Positions 35,928 through 45,071 of a stretch of DNA of 64,000 bases are shown here, one piece after another. Numbering within the stretch: position 1 is the first letter of the stretch; each line of letters opens with the position of its first letter. The DNA lies in the IMG/VR virus record IMGVR_UViG_3300028608_000006, positions 124,001 through 188,000 of that record; one strand, written 5' to 3'. Made by a program: the position numbers and the translations under genes. Below the pieces are notes generated by a model. That model made no database searches and was not told where the DNA came from. It was given only the letters and a program-made list of their open reading frames with translations.

Positions 35928-37064
35928 CTACGAAGTGAAGAGTTTATATCCCGTAAATGCGATTCCGGCTACAGCCCCCATAGCCTTACCGAATTCACCC
36001 CAGTTGTTGGCGGATCCTTTCTGCTTAACCAACTCAAGACTAGCTTTGTTCACCGTGTCTTTAATCCGACTCTCATATTTGAAGATGTCGCCTGACACTT
36101 TGGTCTGGTGCTTGAGTTGACTCATTTCAACGCGATGCTCATGTTTCAGCTGAACAACCTCGGTTTTGTGATCGAGGCGTGCTTGTGCAAGGTCTTTGGT
36201 CAAACGACCATTAGCACCTTCGGACTTGTCGAGGAGATCTTGAAGGTCAGTATTCTGCTCCTTCAGTTTACCAATCTCCTTGCCAAGGTCTTTGACCCTG
36301 TTCTCGGCATTCAGCGCGCGCTCGGTGTTGCCACCGTTCTCGCAGGCTGTCTTGCTTCGGAACAATCCCAGGGACTCGACGATTTTAGCGTCCAAACCTT
36401 CGAAAGTGTAATATAGGATTACCGGTGATTCATTACCGTACATGAGGCCAGTGTACAGCCCAGGCTGCTTCTCGTCATCATACACGACCGGAATTTCAAC
36501 AGCTCGACCCTTGAGATTGGTGTAGAGCGGATCGCTCTCACGACGCGGATCGTTTACATATACAAAGTAGTGCAGTCCTCCTTTAGGCAAAGGCTGGTCT
36601 CCCAGTGTAGCTTTGCAAAGTTCCTGGAGGGTAAAGGGTGGCGTGTTGAGGGAAGGTTGGTTGGCGTTTTCCATTCCGTTGTACAAGGTGATGCCGAGGA
36701 TTTCGCTGTGGATCGCGTCATTCTTTTCAACGAGGGAGCTGGTTAGTGCAATCACCACGTTGATGTCCTGACTGAACATGTCGAAGAATCCAGTATCAGA
36801 ATCCTTCAGTCGATCTCGATCTTTGCGAATCCCTCTAAGCAGTTGCTTGTCAAACAGTGTCAGTGCGGCGTTCTCGTCGATCAAGAGGTTAGCCATGACG
36901 ACTTGTGGAATGTGGACATGCACTTGGCGTTGTTCCGAATAGCTCGGTTCTTTCGCCCGACGAATGATGTAACCCAGACCACCTTTGGCCCTTACTACCA
37001 TTTCCTGACTGGATCTGTTAACGATCCTGTAATTCAGTTTGAAGCTGCTGATTTCGGTTTCCAT
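35928..37064 (-). CDS. Conserved hypothetical protein with a coiled coil and a C-terminal amphipathic/hydrophobic helix
   Basis: Start moved to METEIS (ATG 37064, SD AGGAGG at spacing 6). Heptad-rich region near the C-terminus; ends WGEFGKAMGAVAGIAFTGYKLFTS. Confidence 0.75.
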   Translation of the reverse strand: METEISSFKLNYRIVNRSSQEMVVRAKGGLGYIIRRAKEPSYSEQRQVHVHIPQVVMANLLIDENAALTLFDKQLLRGIRKDRDRLKDSDTGFFDMFSQDINVVIALTSSLVEKNDAIHSEILGITLYNGMENANQPSLNTPPFTLQELCKATLGDQPLPKGGLHYFVYVNDPRRESDPLYTNLKGRAVEIPVVYDDEKQPGLYTGLMYGNESPVILYYTFEGLDAKIVESLGLFRSKTACENGGNTERALNAENRVKDLGKEIGKLKEQNTDLQDLLDKSEGANGRLTKDLAQARLDHKTEVVQLKHEHRVEMSQLKHQTKVSGDIFKYESRIKDTVNKASLELVKQKGSANNWGEFGKAMGAVAGIAFTGYKLFTS

Positions 37065-37077
37065 AGGAGGCCTCCTA
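37064..37077 (-). promoter_or_regulatory. SD/anti-SD palindrome covering the RBS and the A of the start codon
   Basis: Minus strand TAGGAGG-CCTCCTA-TG. Confidence 0.6.
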
Positions 37078-37104
37078 GAAACATTAATATTGCGTTCTAA
37101 TTCA

Positions 37105-37121
37105 ATAATGTAGGTTTCAAA
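37105..37121 (-). promoter_or_regulatory. phiKZ-type early promoter heading the nvRNAP operon
   Basis: Minus strand TTTGAAACCTACATTAT, 15/17 identical to the promoter at 3015-3031. Confidence 0.7.
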
Positions 37122-37147
37122 GATTCCAATGGAAACAAAGAGAAGGC

Positions 37148-37193
37148 GGACATAATAAAAACCCCTCAGCACCCGAAGGCACTGAGGGGTTTT
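37148..37193 (-). terminator. Major capsid gene terminator (UUCG loop)
   Basis: Minus strand AAAACCCCTCAGTGCC-TTCG-GGTGCTGAGGGGTTTT-TATTATGTCC. Confidence 0.9.
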
Positions 37194-37279
37194 CGTGCTT
37201 ACTCAACTAAGCCCAACTTTTCACCGGACACTAACAGCAAGTATTCAGCCTACTGTTAGTTGGCCGTAGTCAGTCGGGC

Positions 37280-39472
37280 TTAAGGATTTGGGTCAACCGG
37301 TTCCTGAGGAACGTTCAGACCCGCGTCTTCGATGTTGTCGACAGTAACGCGCTGAGTAGCCAGCTTCGACAGCAGACCTTCGTCACCCAGGAAGTCATGG
37401 GCGTCGGTGATGGTCAGCGAGCCGATGATTGGGTTCAGAGCCCAGTGCTTGTAGATCGGGAGGGTCATGACCACACCGAAGTCCTGCTGGTCACGAGTGA
37501 CGTTGCCTTGGACCAGGATGTTTTCCTTGGACACGTTCACACCGATGCCGCCCAGAGGGTTGATGGTATCGTTGGTGGAGGTGTTCTTCGGAACGATCAG
37601 GATCTGACCGATCTGCGAGTCGAAGTTCGTTTCGACTACGTGCAGGGTTTGCTTCGGACCAGTGGTACGAGCATCGCCGGAACGCATTACGAAACGGCTG
37701 AGGTTCTGGTGAACCACAACAGTCCACTCGATGGAGCCATCGGTGCCGCCGTATTCAGCGATCGCAGCCAGACCCGACTTGGTGTTCAGGGCAGCAGTGA
37801 TGTCGCTGATTTCGTTGGTGATAGCAGCGCAGACGGATTCGTACACGCCAGCGGAGTCAACCGAGGAAACCACGTCCTTCAGGGTGATCGCACGGTTCAC
37901 TGCCGAAGCGGTGACGAAGTGCTGACCGGCCAGAGTGTTGGAACCCTGGTTGTTACCCACGACTGGGGAGCCGTCGATGGAGGTGATGTACTTCAGGTGG
38001 TCCTGAGCCTTGTCGAAGGCGTTGCGCGAGCACTGGTTGTTGATCACAACCGACATCTGCTGGATTGCGAAGTCCAGGGAAGCCTGGTTCACGTCGTCCT
38101 TGCTGATCGGGTATTTCACCGACACTGGGGAACGGCGCTGTACGGACAGGTGCTTGCGAGCGTCGAACACTTCGATGCGATAGCCGAAGTTGCCACGGCT
38201 GGTGTTGGAAACGTTGAAGGTTGGCTTCATCGCTACAACAGTACCCAGGGTGAACGAACGGATCAGCGCTTTCTGAGTGTCGTCAGCTTTGCCAACGGTG
38301 ATCAGGCGGCCGGAGCTGATTTCGCGCAGCGAGTGAACTTCGGCAGTACCGGCGTTCAGACGCAGCTCGTTGCCTTGACGCTGGTAGTTACCAGAAGCCG
38401 AGACGTTCAGCATTGGCTCGTAGCCAGCGGTCTTGAAGGTGGCGAACAGAGTCTCGCCGACTTTGTTGCCGTCTTTGTCTTCGACCGAGAAGCCTGGCAG
38501 GTTGCGCAGGTGCATGTTGAGCATGCGGTCGTCGGACGATTGACCGTTGGCGGTTGGGCCGAAGGTGTTGTTCGACATCGAACGGGTGTCGATGAAGAAG
38601 TTGACCGAGTCGGCGCCGATCTTGCCGCCCAGAGCCATGGTGCGGATGCTGATGGAGTTCGATTCGATCTCGTCGGTCGAAGTCCAAGGGCGCTGGCCTG
38701 GAACCTGGGTCAGACCCAGCAGGTTTGGAACGGTAACCGGAACGGTCAGGAACTGGGTCTTGTGAGCGCTACGGCCGTAGGCGTCGCCTTCAGGGTAGGT
38801 AGCATTGGTCGGAGCAACCAGAGCGGCAGCAGCGAACAGAGCACGGGTGTCGTCGCCAGCGTCAGCTGGGTAAACAGGCCACAGAGCCAGCACTTCGTCT
38901 TTGAACATTTCGCCGGAGCGAAGCAGGCCAAAGATCGGACGCAGTTCGGAAGCCGACTGCCAGGCGCTGTTGCCGTAAGCGTAAGTGCCCAGACCAGCAG
39001 CACGTACGACCATTTCGGCGCCTTCATCTTCGTACTTGACGGAGATGGTGGTGAAAAGTGCTTCAGCCGCAGGCGTTTGCAGGTGGGACTGAGCGTTGAG
39101 GGTCATGTTCGCAGCTTTCAGGTCAGCCTGAGTGCCAGCGAAGTTTTGCATCGAGAAGCCTTCCAGACCCTGGATGGACTTCAGGCCTTGCTCGGCTTCA
39201 CCGAACATTGCCAAAGCGTCGCTTGGCAGGGCATTACGGGTCTTGGCGCCGACGAAAGCGTCATAAGCACCAGCGCGCAGAACTTTCAGGCTATTGCCCA
39301 GCGCAGCGCCTTCGGTACCAGCAACAGCGCTGAGCACGTTGGCTTGGAAAGTGTCGAAGCTCTCGTTACCGGTGAAGGTAGCCAGTGCAGTGTTGTTTAC
39401 CAGCGACTCGCGGATAGCGTGGAACAGGTTGCTCTCCGGCTTCAGCGCTGCCGTCAGAATTTTCTTAGCCAT
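37280..39472 (-). CDS. Major capsid protein precursor (phiKZ gp120-like)
   Basis: 730 aa with extreme codon bias and a strong terminator. Propeptide carries TGNE, AGTE and QGLE|GFS protease-type sites. Lies between the DnaB-divergent gene and the nvRNAP operon. Confidence 0.9.
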   Translation of the reverse strand: MAKKILTAALKPESNLFHAIRESLVNNTALATFTGNESFDTFQANVLSAVAGTEGAALGNSLKVLRAGAYDAFVGAKTRNALPSDALAMFGEAEQGLKSIQGLEGFSMQNFAGTQADLKAANMTLNAQSHLQTPAAEALFTTISVKYEDEGAEMVVRAAGLGTYAYGNSAWQSASELRPIFGLLRSGEMFKDEVLALWPVYPADAGDDTRALFAAAALVAPTNATYPEGDAYGRSAHKTQFLTVPVTVPNLLGLTQVPGQRPWTSTDEIESNSISIRTMALGGKIGADSVNFFIDTRSMSNNTFGPTANGQSSDDRMLNMHLRNLPGFSVEDKDGNKVGETLFATFKTAGYEPMLNVSASGNYQRQGNELRLNAGTAEVHSLREISSGRLITVGKADDTQKALIRSFTLGTVVAMKPTFNVSNTSRGNFGYRIEVFDARKHLSVQRRSPVSVKYPISKDDVNQASLDFAIQQMSVVINNQCSRNAFDKAQDHLKYITSIDGSPVVGNNQGSNTLAGQHFVTASAVNRAITLKDVVSSVDSAGVYESVCAAITNEISDITAALNTKSGLAAIAEYGGTDGSIEWTVVVHQNLSRFVMRSGDARTTGPKQTLHVVETNFDSQIGQILIVPKNTSTNDTINPLGGIGVNVSKENILVQGNVTRDQQDFGVVMTLPIYKHWALNPIIGSLTITDAHDFLGDEGLLSKLATQRVTVDNIEDAGLNVPQEPVDPNP

Positions 39473-39488
39473 GGATTAAAGTCCTGTG

Positions 39489-39540
39489 AGTTGAGCTTTT
39501 TAAACAAATATATTTGTTTGCGCAAGTTGAGCTGCACATA
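39489..39540 (-). promoter_or_regulatory. Capsid gene leader: TATG, two 9-bp direct repeats and an 18-bp palindrome
   Basis: agttgagct at 39489-39497 and 39525-39533 flank aaacaaata|tatttgttt (39502-39519); minus-strand TATG at 39540-39537. Confidence 0.5.
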
Positions 39541-39555
39541 AAATATGTAAGAGTG

Positions 39556-40101
39556 TTAAGGGTTCTCAATGCTGAGCAGTTTGAAAACTTCTGCCAGAGT
39601 GAATTCCCCGAGAGCGGAGTGCGTGATTTTGCCAGAGTGAGACTCCAGGTAACCCACGCGGTTATAAATCGTTTCCAGCAGGGCGGCTGAGAAGGTATTG
39701 CTTTCTTGCAAGTGAAAGCCAGGGAGTAACTTATCCTTGGGATCACCTGCCACCATAACAATGGTTTGCCCTATAACAAGGGATTGATACTTCGAGGCCG
39801 CCTTGAACTGGCCGGCTAAAGCTTCACTGCTGGACGAATTGAATGCATCTGCGAGCATGGCTCCGTCATAACCGGAACCCATCTGCGCTTTGGCATCTGT
39901 GGTTGGAACTCCCAGCGTCTTACCGACGACGAGTTGATACTTCAGGATGTCCGCCATTTCTCCGTAAGTCAGGACACCATGGTATACTGCCAATTTGTCC
40001 AAGTCCTGCAACGGAACAGACGACCGGATCAGCGTGTCCACCATCCCGCTGGTCAGGAAAAAGAATTTAAACGGATTACCGTTAGGATAATTCAAAATCA
40101 T
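39556..40101 (-). CDS. Putative head protein (phiKZ gp119-like by synteny)
   Basis: 181 aa, directly upstream of the capsid gene and divergent from DnaB; SD GGGAG. Confidence 0.6.
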   Translation of the reverse strand: MILNYPNGNPFKFFFLTSGMVDTLIRSSVPLQDLDKLAVYHGVLTYGEMADILKYQLVVGKTLGVPTTDAKAQMGSGYDGAMLADAFNSSSSEALAGQFKAASKYQSLVIGQTIVMVAGDPKDKLLPGFHLQESNTFSAALLETIYNRVGYLESHSGKITHSALGEFTLAEVFKLLSIENP

Positions 40102-40124
40102 CTTTAGCTCCCGGGGAGTTTTGA

Positions 40125-41657
40125 ATGAACGATTTACTGGTGTTGGTTAAGATCCTCTCGGCGCTTTATCAAGCAAAGAAGCTGAAAGACACTAACTTAA
40201 TCAACGAACTTGTGGAAACCTTGGAAGAGCTCCCGAAACCTAATGCTGACGTTTTCAGTCACGATAAGGAAACTCGTGAGAGCATTAAGGCGACAATTCA
40301 GTGGTTGCTGAAACAACCCAACGACGAGCCTGTTATAAAATCATTGCTAATGCAGCGTGTAGAGCTGTTCTGCAAGAATGACGAGTCGTTGAAGAAGACC
40401 ATCGCCGCCGGCCTTGAAGATTGCGAAGATGAAGAACTCACTCGCAAGTTGGTCTATAAACATGTTACCGAAGTTCGACTGAACGGCGAGACTGAAGCCT
40501 TCCAGAAGAAGTTCAAGCAAGCACTCTCCCCTTTCTACTTCAAAGACATCTCCGAGATGAAGAAGGAAGACTGGGGTAACCTGATCGACATGATTCAGGA
40601 GCGGGTCAACAATACCTACGACGAACGTACATCGGAAATCGTTTATACGGTTACCTCTGGTACTCCTGAGTCTTTCTTCCAAATCATTGAGATGGCGAAG
40701 AAGGAAAACAGTAAGCAAGGTATTCTCAAGCTTGGTCTGCATGCACTGAACCAAATGCTTGAACCTGACGGTGGTTTGCGTCGTAGTAAGTTCTACCTGA
40801 TCAACGCACTGACTAACCGCGGTAAGTCGTTGACCATGGCGCACATCTTGGCCTCGGTCGGTTTGTACAACATTCCGATGCTGCGTAACAACGCCAAGAT
40901 CCCTACGCTGCTCATGGAGTCCTCAGAAGACACCATGGACCTGATCATCATGCGGATGTACAAACTCGCATTGAGCGTTCAAGGTCAGTTAGACGGTGAC
41001 TTCCAAGTCGATGCTGCGGAAGACATTGTTACCACCATCGTTAAGTGCTTCAAAGAGAACGGTTGGTTCCTGATCATTAACCAGATCGAAGCGAACAAAG
41101 ACAGCATGCAAGGCATGTTTGACCGGGTTCGTAATCTGGAAATGAAAGGCCACGAGATCATCTTCTACGGTTACGACTACTTGGGTCTGGTTCCTATCGA
41201 CAAGATCCCTGGTGAAAGCAAGTCTGACAAACTTCAGATTCTGTTCCGTCGTGTTCGTTCTTTCATGATTGCTCGTGGTATCTGCTTTGTAACACCGCAT
41301 CAACTTAGCCCAGAAGCCAAGAAGATGTTGAAGGAAACAGACGATGAGTCTGAAGTCTATTTTGCTCGTGAAGTAGCTGGTAAGTCCATGACTGAGACCT
41401 CCACCAAGATCACGAACGAAGTTGATGTTGAGCTGACCATCCATGTAGCGAAAACCCCAAACAAGAACTACTTTACAGCGTGCGTGGGGAAATCGCGTGG
41501 TGAAGGTTGTGAGCCGAGCAAACGCTTTGCTATCTACGACCTCGATCCAATCCATGGCTTGAAGCACGACATCAATGGTCGACCTGCCTTCCGTCGTAGC
41601 CTGCAACAGAAGATCACTGACAACGGTGAACTTGTTTCTGACTTCGACATGTTGTAA
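40125..41657 (+). CDS. dnaB: DnaB-like replicative helicase (phiKZ gp118-like)
   Basis: Walker A NALTNRGKS, H1a SSEDT, Walker B YGYDYLGL, H3 TPHQLS, and the arginine-finger region GKSRG. Confidence 0.9.
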   Translation: MNDLLVLVKILSALYQAKKLKDTNLINELVETLEELPKPNADVFSHDKETRESIKATIQWLLKQPNDEPVIKSLLMQRVELFCKNDESLKKTIAAGLEDCEDEELTRKLVYKHVTEVRLNGETEAFQKKFKQALSPFYFKDISEMKKEDWGNLIDMIQERVNNTYDERTSEIVYTVTSGTPESFFQIIEMAKKENSKQGILKLGLHALNQMLEPDGGLRRSKFYLINALTNRGKSLTMAHILASVGLYNIPMLRNNAKIPTLLMESSEDTMDLIIMRMYKLALSVQGQLDGDFQVDAAEDIVTTIVKCFKENGWFLIINQIEANKDSMQGMFDRVRNLEMKGHEIIFYGYDYLGLVPIDKIPGESKSDKLQILFRRVRSFMIARGICFVTPHQLSPEAKKMLKETDDESEVYFAREVAGKSMTETSTKITNEVDVELTIHVAKTPNKNYFTACVGKSRGEGCEPSKRFAIYDLDPIHGLKHDINGRPAFRRSLQQKITDNGELVSDFDML

Positions 41658-41711
41658 AAACAGTAAACTTTTAATACAGTAACTATTGGTATTAAACTGA
41701 CCACCTAAATT

Positions 41712-41760
41712 CCCTCTCTCCAGGTTCATTCCTGGGAGAGGGTAAAAGGTTTATGTTTGC
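41712..41760 (+). terminator. Hairpin plus TTATGTTTGC tail after dnaB
   Basis: Arms ccctctctccagg and cctgggagaggg; TTATGTTTGC at 41751-41760. Confidence 0.8.
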
Positions 41761-41930
41761 CTGTCAGCTATTTACAGGGCTGCGACGCTCTACAATGCGA
41801 TTACAGACGTTTTGAGAATACTCTCCTCTCCTTGTCTGGATTACTTCATTTAAATGCTTTAACGAGGTTTTGGAGTGAAGGATCCTATAGGCGTGCTTTT
41901 ATTCGGGAAGGCTTTAAAGAGGGTATTGAC

Positions 41931-42815
41931 ATGATGGAGGCATTAATAGGCATCGGCGGGGCGCCTGACTATAGCGGTAGCTGGCAACAAATGGCGACCA
42001 CCGGTGGACCAGTATTAAAAACAGCAATATCTGCAGCCGGGATAGGCGATAAGGTCTATACGTTTGGCGGGCAGGTTGGCGGGACCTATTATCGTGATCT
42101 TCGTTATTTCGACGTTACGAATGGGACATGGACGACACTTGGTAACGGAACCATGGTTGTTCGACATAACGCCGTTATGGTTGCCATGGGAGGTAAGCTC
42201 TACGTACACGGTGGGAATAACAGCACTGGCGGTCTTAATGATGTTTGGATGTACGATCCAGATCTAGCCACTTGGACTCAGAAACTGGCGGGTACCATCA
42301 GACACACGGCAGCGGCAGCCGCGGTCGGGAACAAGATGTATGTTTGTGCTGGGTGGTTAAGCAATTACTTAGCTGATCTGAAAGTCTACGACGCCGACGC
42401 CAACACTTGGCAAACGCTCTCGCCTCTACCAGGTGCTGCACGCAGTGACCACACGATGGCTTCGGTGGGGACCAAGCTTTACTTGTACGGCGGTGGTAAC
42501 GCCGGCGGACAGTTAAGCGACCATTGGTGTTACGACACCTTGACGGATACTTGGACCCAACTGGCTGATGGACCACCTGCTCGTTTCAGACACACAGCGG
42601 TCACCATTGACGATAAAATTTACGTCTTTTCTGGTAAACCTGTCGGAGTTAACAGCAACGAGCTGTGGTGTTATGATCCGACTGATGACAGCTGGACATT
42701 AATGAGGACAATCCCAACCTCTGGACGGGCTGATCATTATGCTGGTGTTGGTGCTGGGAAGATGATCACCGGCATGGGTAACGGTGTGCTGGACTGCTGG
42801 CAATATACGCCTTGA
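41931..42815 (+). CDS. Stand-alone six-bladed Kelch-repeat beta-propeller
   Basis: Start moved to ATG 41931 (SD AGAGGG). Repeats K[VLMI]Y.[FHY]GG...D....YD....W, six blades. Confidence 0.9.
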   Translation: MMEALIGIGGAPDYSGSWQQMATTGGPVLKTAISAAGIGDKVYTFGGQVGGTYYRDLRYFDVTNGTWTTLGNGTMVVRHNAVMVAMGGKLYVHGGNNSTGGLNDVWMYDPDLATWTQKLAGTIRHTAAAAAVGNKMYVCAGWLSNYLADLKVYDADANTWQTLSPLPGAARSDHTMASVGTKLYLYGGGNAGGQLSDHWCYDTLTDTWTQLADGPPARFRHTAVTIDDKIYVFSGKPVGVNSNELWCYDPTDDSWTLMRTIPTSGRADHYAGVGAGKMITGMGNGVLDCWQYTP

Positions 42816-42868
42816 TCCACTCTTTTACTTTTCTTGGTAACCGGTTGCCCAGGCAACACAACGAATAA

Positions 42869-42905
42869 GGCATACTCTCCTACTCCGCTAAGGAGTAGGA
42901 GAGTA
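42869..42905. terminator. Bidirectional hairpin between the Kelch gene and the structural operon
   Basis: 14-bp arms tactctcctactcc and ggagtaggagagta; minus strand continues as TATGCC. Confidence 0.75.
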
Positions 42906-43010
42906 CTTGTTAAGAAAAGCTTAAATAGAGGTGTCACTGCCTCCCCTGCTTTCGCAAGAGCCCTTCCTTCACGGTTGTATAAACATAGCCTCCTAGACAG
43001 GAAAATATAT

Positions 43011-44351
43011 TCATTGATCCGCAGGGACTACGTTGTTCGCTAGGAACAATTCCAGGTTACTGTGTTCCCGGAAGATAGGCTGACCCGGGTTCTTGGTATC
43101 CTGTTGGTATTCCGAACGAACTGACACCACCGTTCCTTCACGATACATCAACGCCTGACTACCGCTCATGAAGTAGAAACGACATGGCATGCCCGGAACA
43201 ATCTCAGTCGCCCGAGAGTTGTGCCAAGTACGTGACACGATAGAGCCATCCGTGTACGCGTTCTGTGACAACAGCTTACACAGGTTGTTGGTCGGGGTAG
43301 AGTGGAAAGGAATGTTCTCCTCTTCACTACCACGTTGAGACGTCTTGTACTCGGACATGGAGTCTTCCCGTGTCGTGAGTGCTTGACCTCTGGCGTAGTA
43401 CTTACCCGTTTCGCCCATGATCGCATCAGAGCTCACCACACGCTTACCAGAGCCGTGGTTCTGCTTGTGGATGTCGCTGCCGTCCGTACTGTGACCTTCA
43501 CCCGTAGAGAGCACCGTGAGGACCTTATCATCAAGGAACCAACTGTTCTTCAGAGTGGGGAACACGTCAGACGGCAATGCGTAGATGTTGAGCACTTTCC
43601 GAGCATTGTCGTAACGACCCAACTTCAGAGGAGGAAAGATGTACCACATCCCTTTACGGTAGTAGGACGCCATCCCTCGACTGTAGAAGCCGAACTGATC
43701 GTCTTGCTGGAGGAACTCCGCCAGCTTAGGCAACGGCATAGGTGGAATGATGACTTGTCGGAATACCCGTGTGTTGTCGTACGGGTACTCGATGTCAACA
43801 CCCCGCCACTTATCACCCCCTGTCAAAGTCAGTTGTTCACCGAACTTGGTCAGCTGATAATGCAGGACGTTATCCAAGGTGGCCATCAGCATGTGGTCAG
43901 CCACGGTCTCGTTCTTCAACAGAGCGTAACCGATGTCCAGCAACTGGAATTCCACGGACACCATGTTCAGTGAGTCCTTGGTCGACAAATCCGCCAGAGC
44001 GGTGTTGTTCGCCGCCATAGGCGCGCTGGAGTCATGGAGTGGGATAGCCCTGAACCGATACATGGTCTGAGTGTAGCCCTGACGCTCTGTGACCTCGATG
44101 TAGAGGTTATCCTTCACCGGCAGTACGTTGTTCTGGTATACACCCGGTTGCAGCTGAGCTTTGATCCGGCAGTCATCAGAGTGGTTCACCCCAAACAACG
44201 CCAAACGAGCAAACCCAGTCGGAACAATCAACGGAATCTGCTCAGTGGGGGTAATGACCATCGCGGACATGGTAAAGATTCGTTCGCCACCACCCTGGTC
44301 GATCGTGTTGGCATACGCGACCAGGTTGGCTAACGGCTTTGGTACATCCAT
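43011..44351 (-). CDS. Putative baseplate hub protein (phiKZ gp101-like)
   Basis: 446 aa; C-terminal RTWHNSRATEIVPGMPCRFY...GTVVSVRSEY resembles the last domain of T4 gp27/Mu gp44-type hubs. Confidence 0.5.
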   Translation of the reverse strand: MDVPKPLANLVAYANTIDQGGGERIFTMSAMVITPTEQIPLIVPTGFARLALFGVNHSDDCRIKAQLQPGVYQNNVLPVKDNLYIEVTERQGYTQTMYRFRAIPLHDSSAPMAANNTALADLSTKDSLNMVSVEFQLLDIGYALLKNETVADHMLMATLDNVLHYQLTKFGEQLTLTGGDKWRGVDIEYPYDNTRVFRQVIIPPMPLPKLAEFLQQDDQFGFYSRGMASYYRKGMWYIFPPLKLGRYDNARKVLNIYALPSDVFPTLKNSWFLDDKVLTVLSTGEGHSTDGSDIHKQNHGSGKRVVSSDAIMGETGKYYARGQALTTREDSMSEYKTSQRGSEEENIPFHSTPTNNLCKLLSQNAYTDGSIVSRTWHNSRATEIVPGMPCRFYFMSGSQALMYREGTVVSVRSEYQQDTKNPGQPIFREHSNLELFLANNVVPADQ

Positions 44352-44354
44352 GAC

Positions 44355-45071
44355 TTATCCTCTAAAGAGCCATTCGGACGTCTCAGTCGCGTTCGACTCC
44401 AGATTCACCAGACTGTCCATTACGGCCGTAGAAGGCTGCACGGGGCGATCAGCGGTTGCCAGCATGCTGTCTGAGGTCACGAAGTCCTGTTCTTGCAATG
44501 CATCAAGGTGACTGACGAAACTGATCTCGCCTTTCTCCTTGTTGTGGCTGAACAACATCGACAGGCCCATCAGACCGACCCTGTTCAATGCCTTGTCGGT
44601 AATCATCTGCTTCTCGATATCGTTATCGATCACAAACGGCTTGAGACGCTTGTAGATGGGGAACAGATACCAAGCCAGGGATTCCAACCAACGCAGCTCC
44701 TGAATCGGCGGTGTGCTGAACTCAGGAGCGTTGTTCTTGATCTCACACCAGAGCATGATGTATTCCTGGATCGATTCATAGATCTCAGGTACGACATGGT
44801 TAGCGTTGTTGAACCCCAGATCTTCATGCCCTGTCAAGTTCGGCAGGATGTCGATCATCTGACAGCAGTTCATCTTCCTGACTTGGTGGTTATCGAAGTA
44901 ACCCGCGTCGTTGGCGTACCCTTCCTGCTTGGATTCGTAACGCGTACGCAGCTGGTCGATGTCCATCAAGGTCTTCGGAGCAATCCACACCGGGTAGGCA
45001 CGGTTGTTCAGAATGTTGAACAGAAAGAAGACCCGATCTCGGATCTGGTTGTACCGCGAATGAGACATCAT
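44355..45071 (-). CDS. Hypothetical protein in the structural operon
   Basis: 238 aa, translationally coupled to its neighbours. Confidence 0.65.
   Translation of the reverse strand: MMSHSRYNQIRDRVFFLFNILNNRAYPVWIAPKTLMDIDQLRTRYESKQEGYANDAGYFDNHQVRKMNCCQMIDILPNLTGHEDLGFNNANHVVPEIYESIQEYIMLWCEIKNNAPEFSTPPIQELRWLESLAWYLFPIYKRLKPFVIDNDIEKQMITDKALNRVGLMGLSMLFSHNKEKGEISFVSHLDALQEQDFVTSDSMLATADRPVQPSTAVMDSLVNLESNATETSEWLFRG

Noticed and set aside
37259-37282. Possible stop-codon read-through of the capsid protein stimulated by the 3' stem
   Set aside because: An in-frame TAA occurs after only 7 codons, so no meaningful extension results.
37397-39541. 714-aa + strand ORF antisense to the capsid gene (likewise 51773..53041, 55932..57755, 58967..61186, 25219..27474, 48618..49835, 54085..55530)
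   Set aside because: These are shadows of strong codon bias in highly expressed genes. They lack SDs, have V/G/R/H-rich non-protein-like composition, and lie exactly opposite well-supported genes.
41757-41930. 58-aa N-terminal extension of the Kelch ORF (similarly the extensions at 1658-1729, 31141-31272, 37065-37172 and 55883-55978)
   Set aside because: Better SD-ATG starts lie downstream, and the extensions cross terminators, promoters or upstream genes.
42737-42986. 66-aa minus ORF with a hydrophobic start, and an AGGAGG-CT-ATG mini-ORF (MFIQP*)
   Set aside because: SD spacing is too short (2-3 nt). The longer ORF runs through a terminator hairpin and antisense into the Kelch gene.
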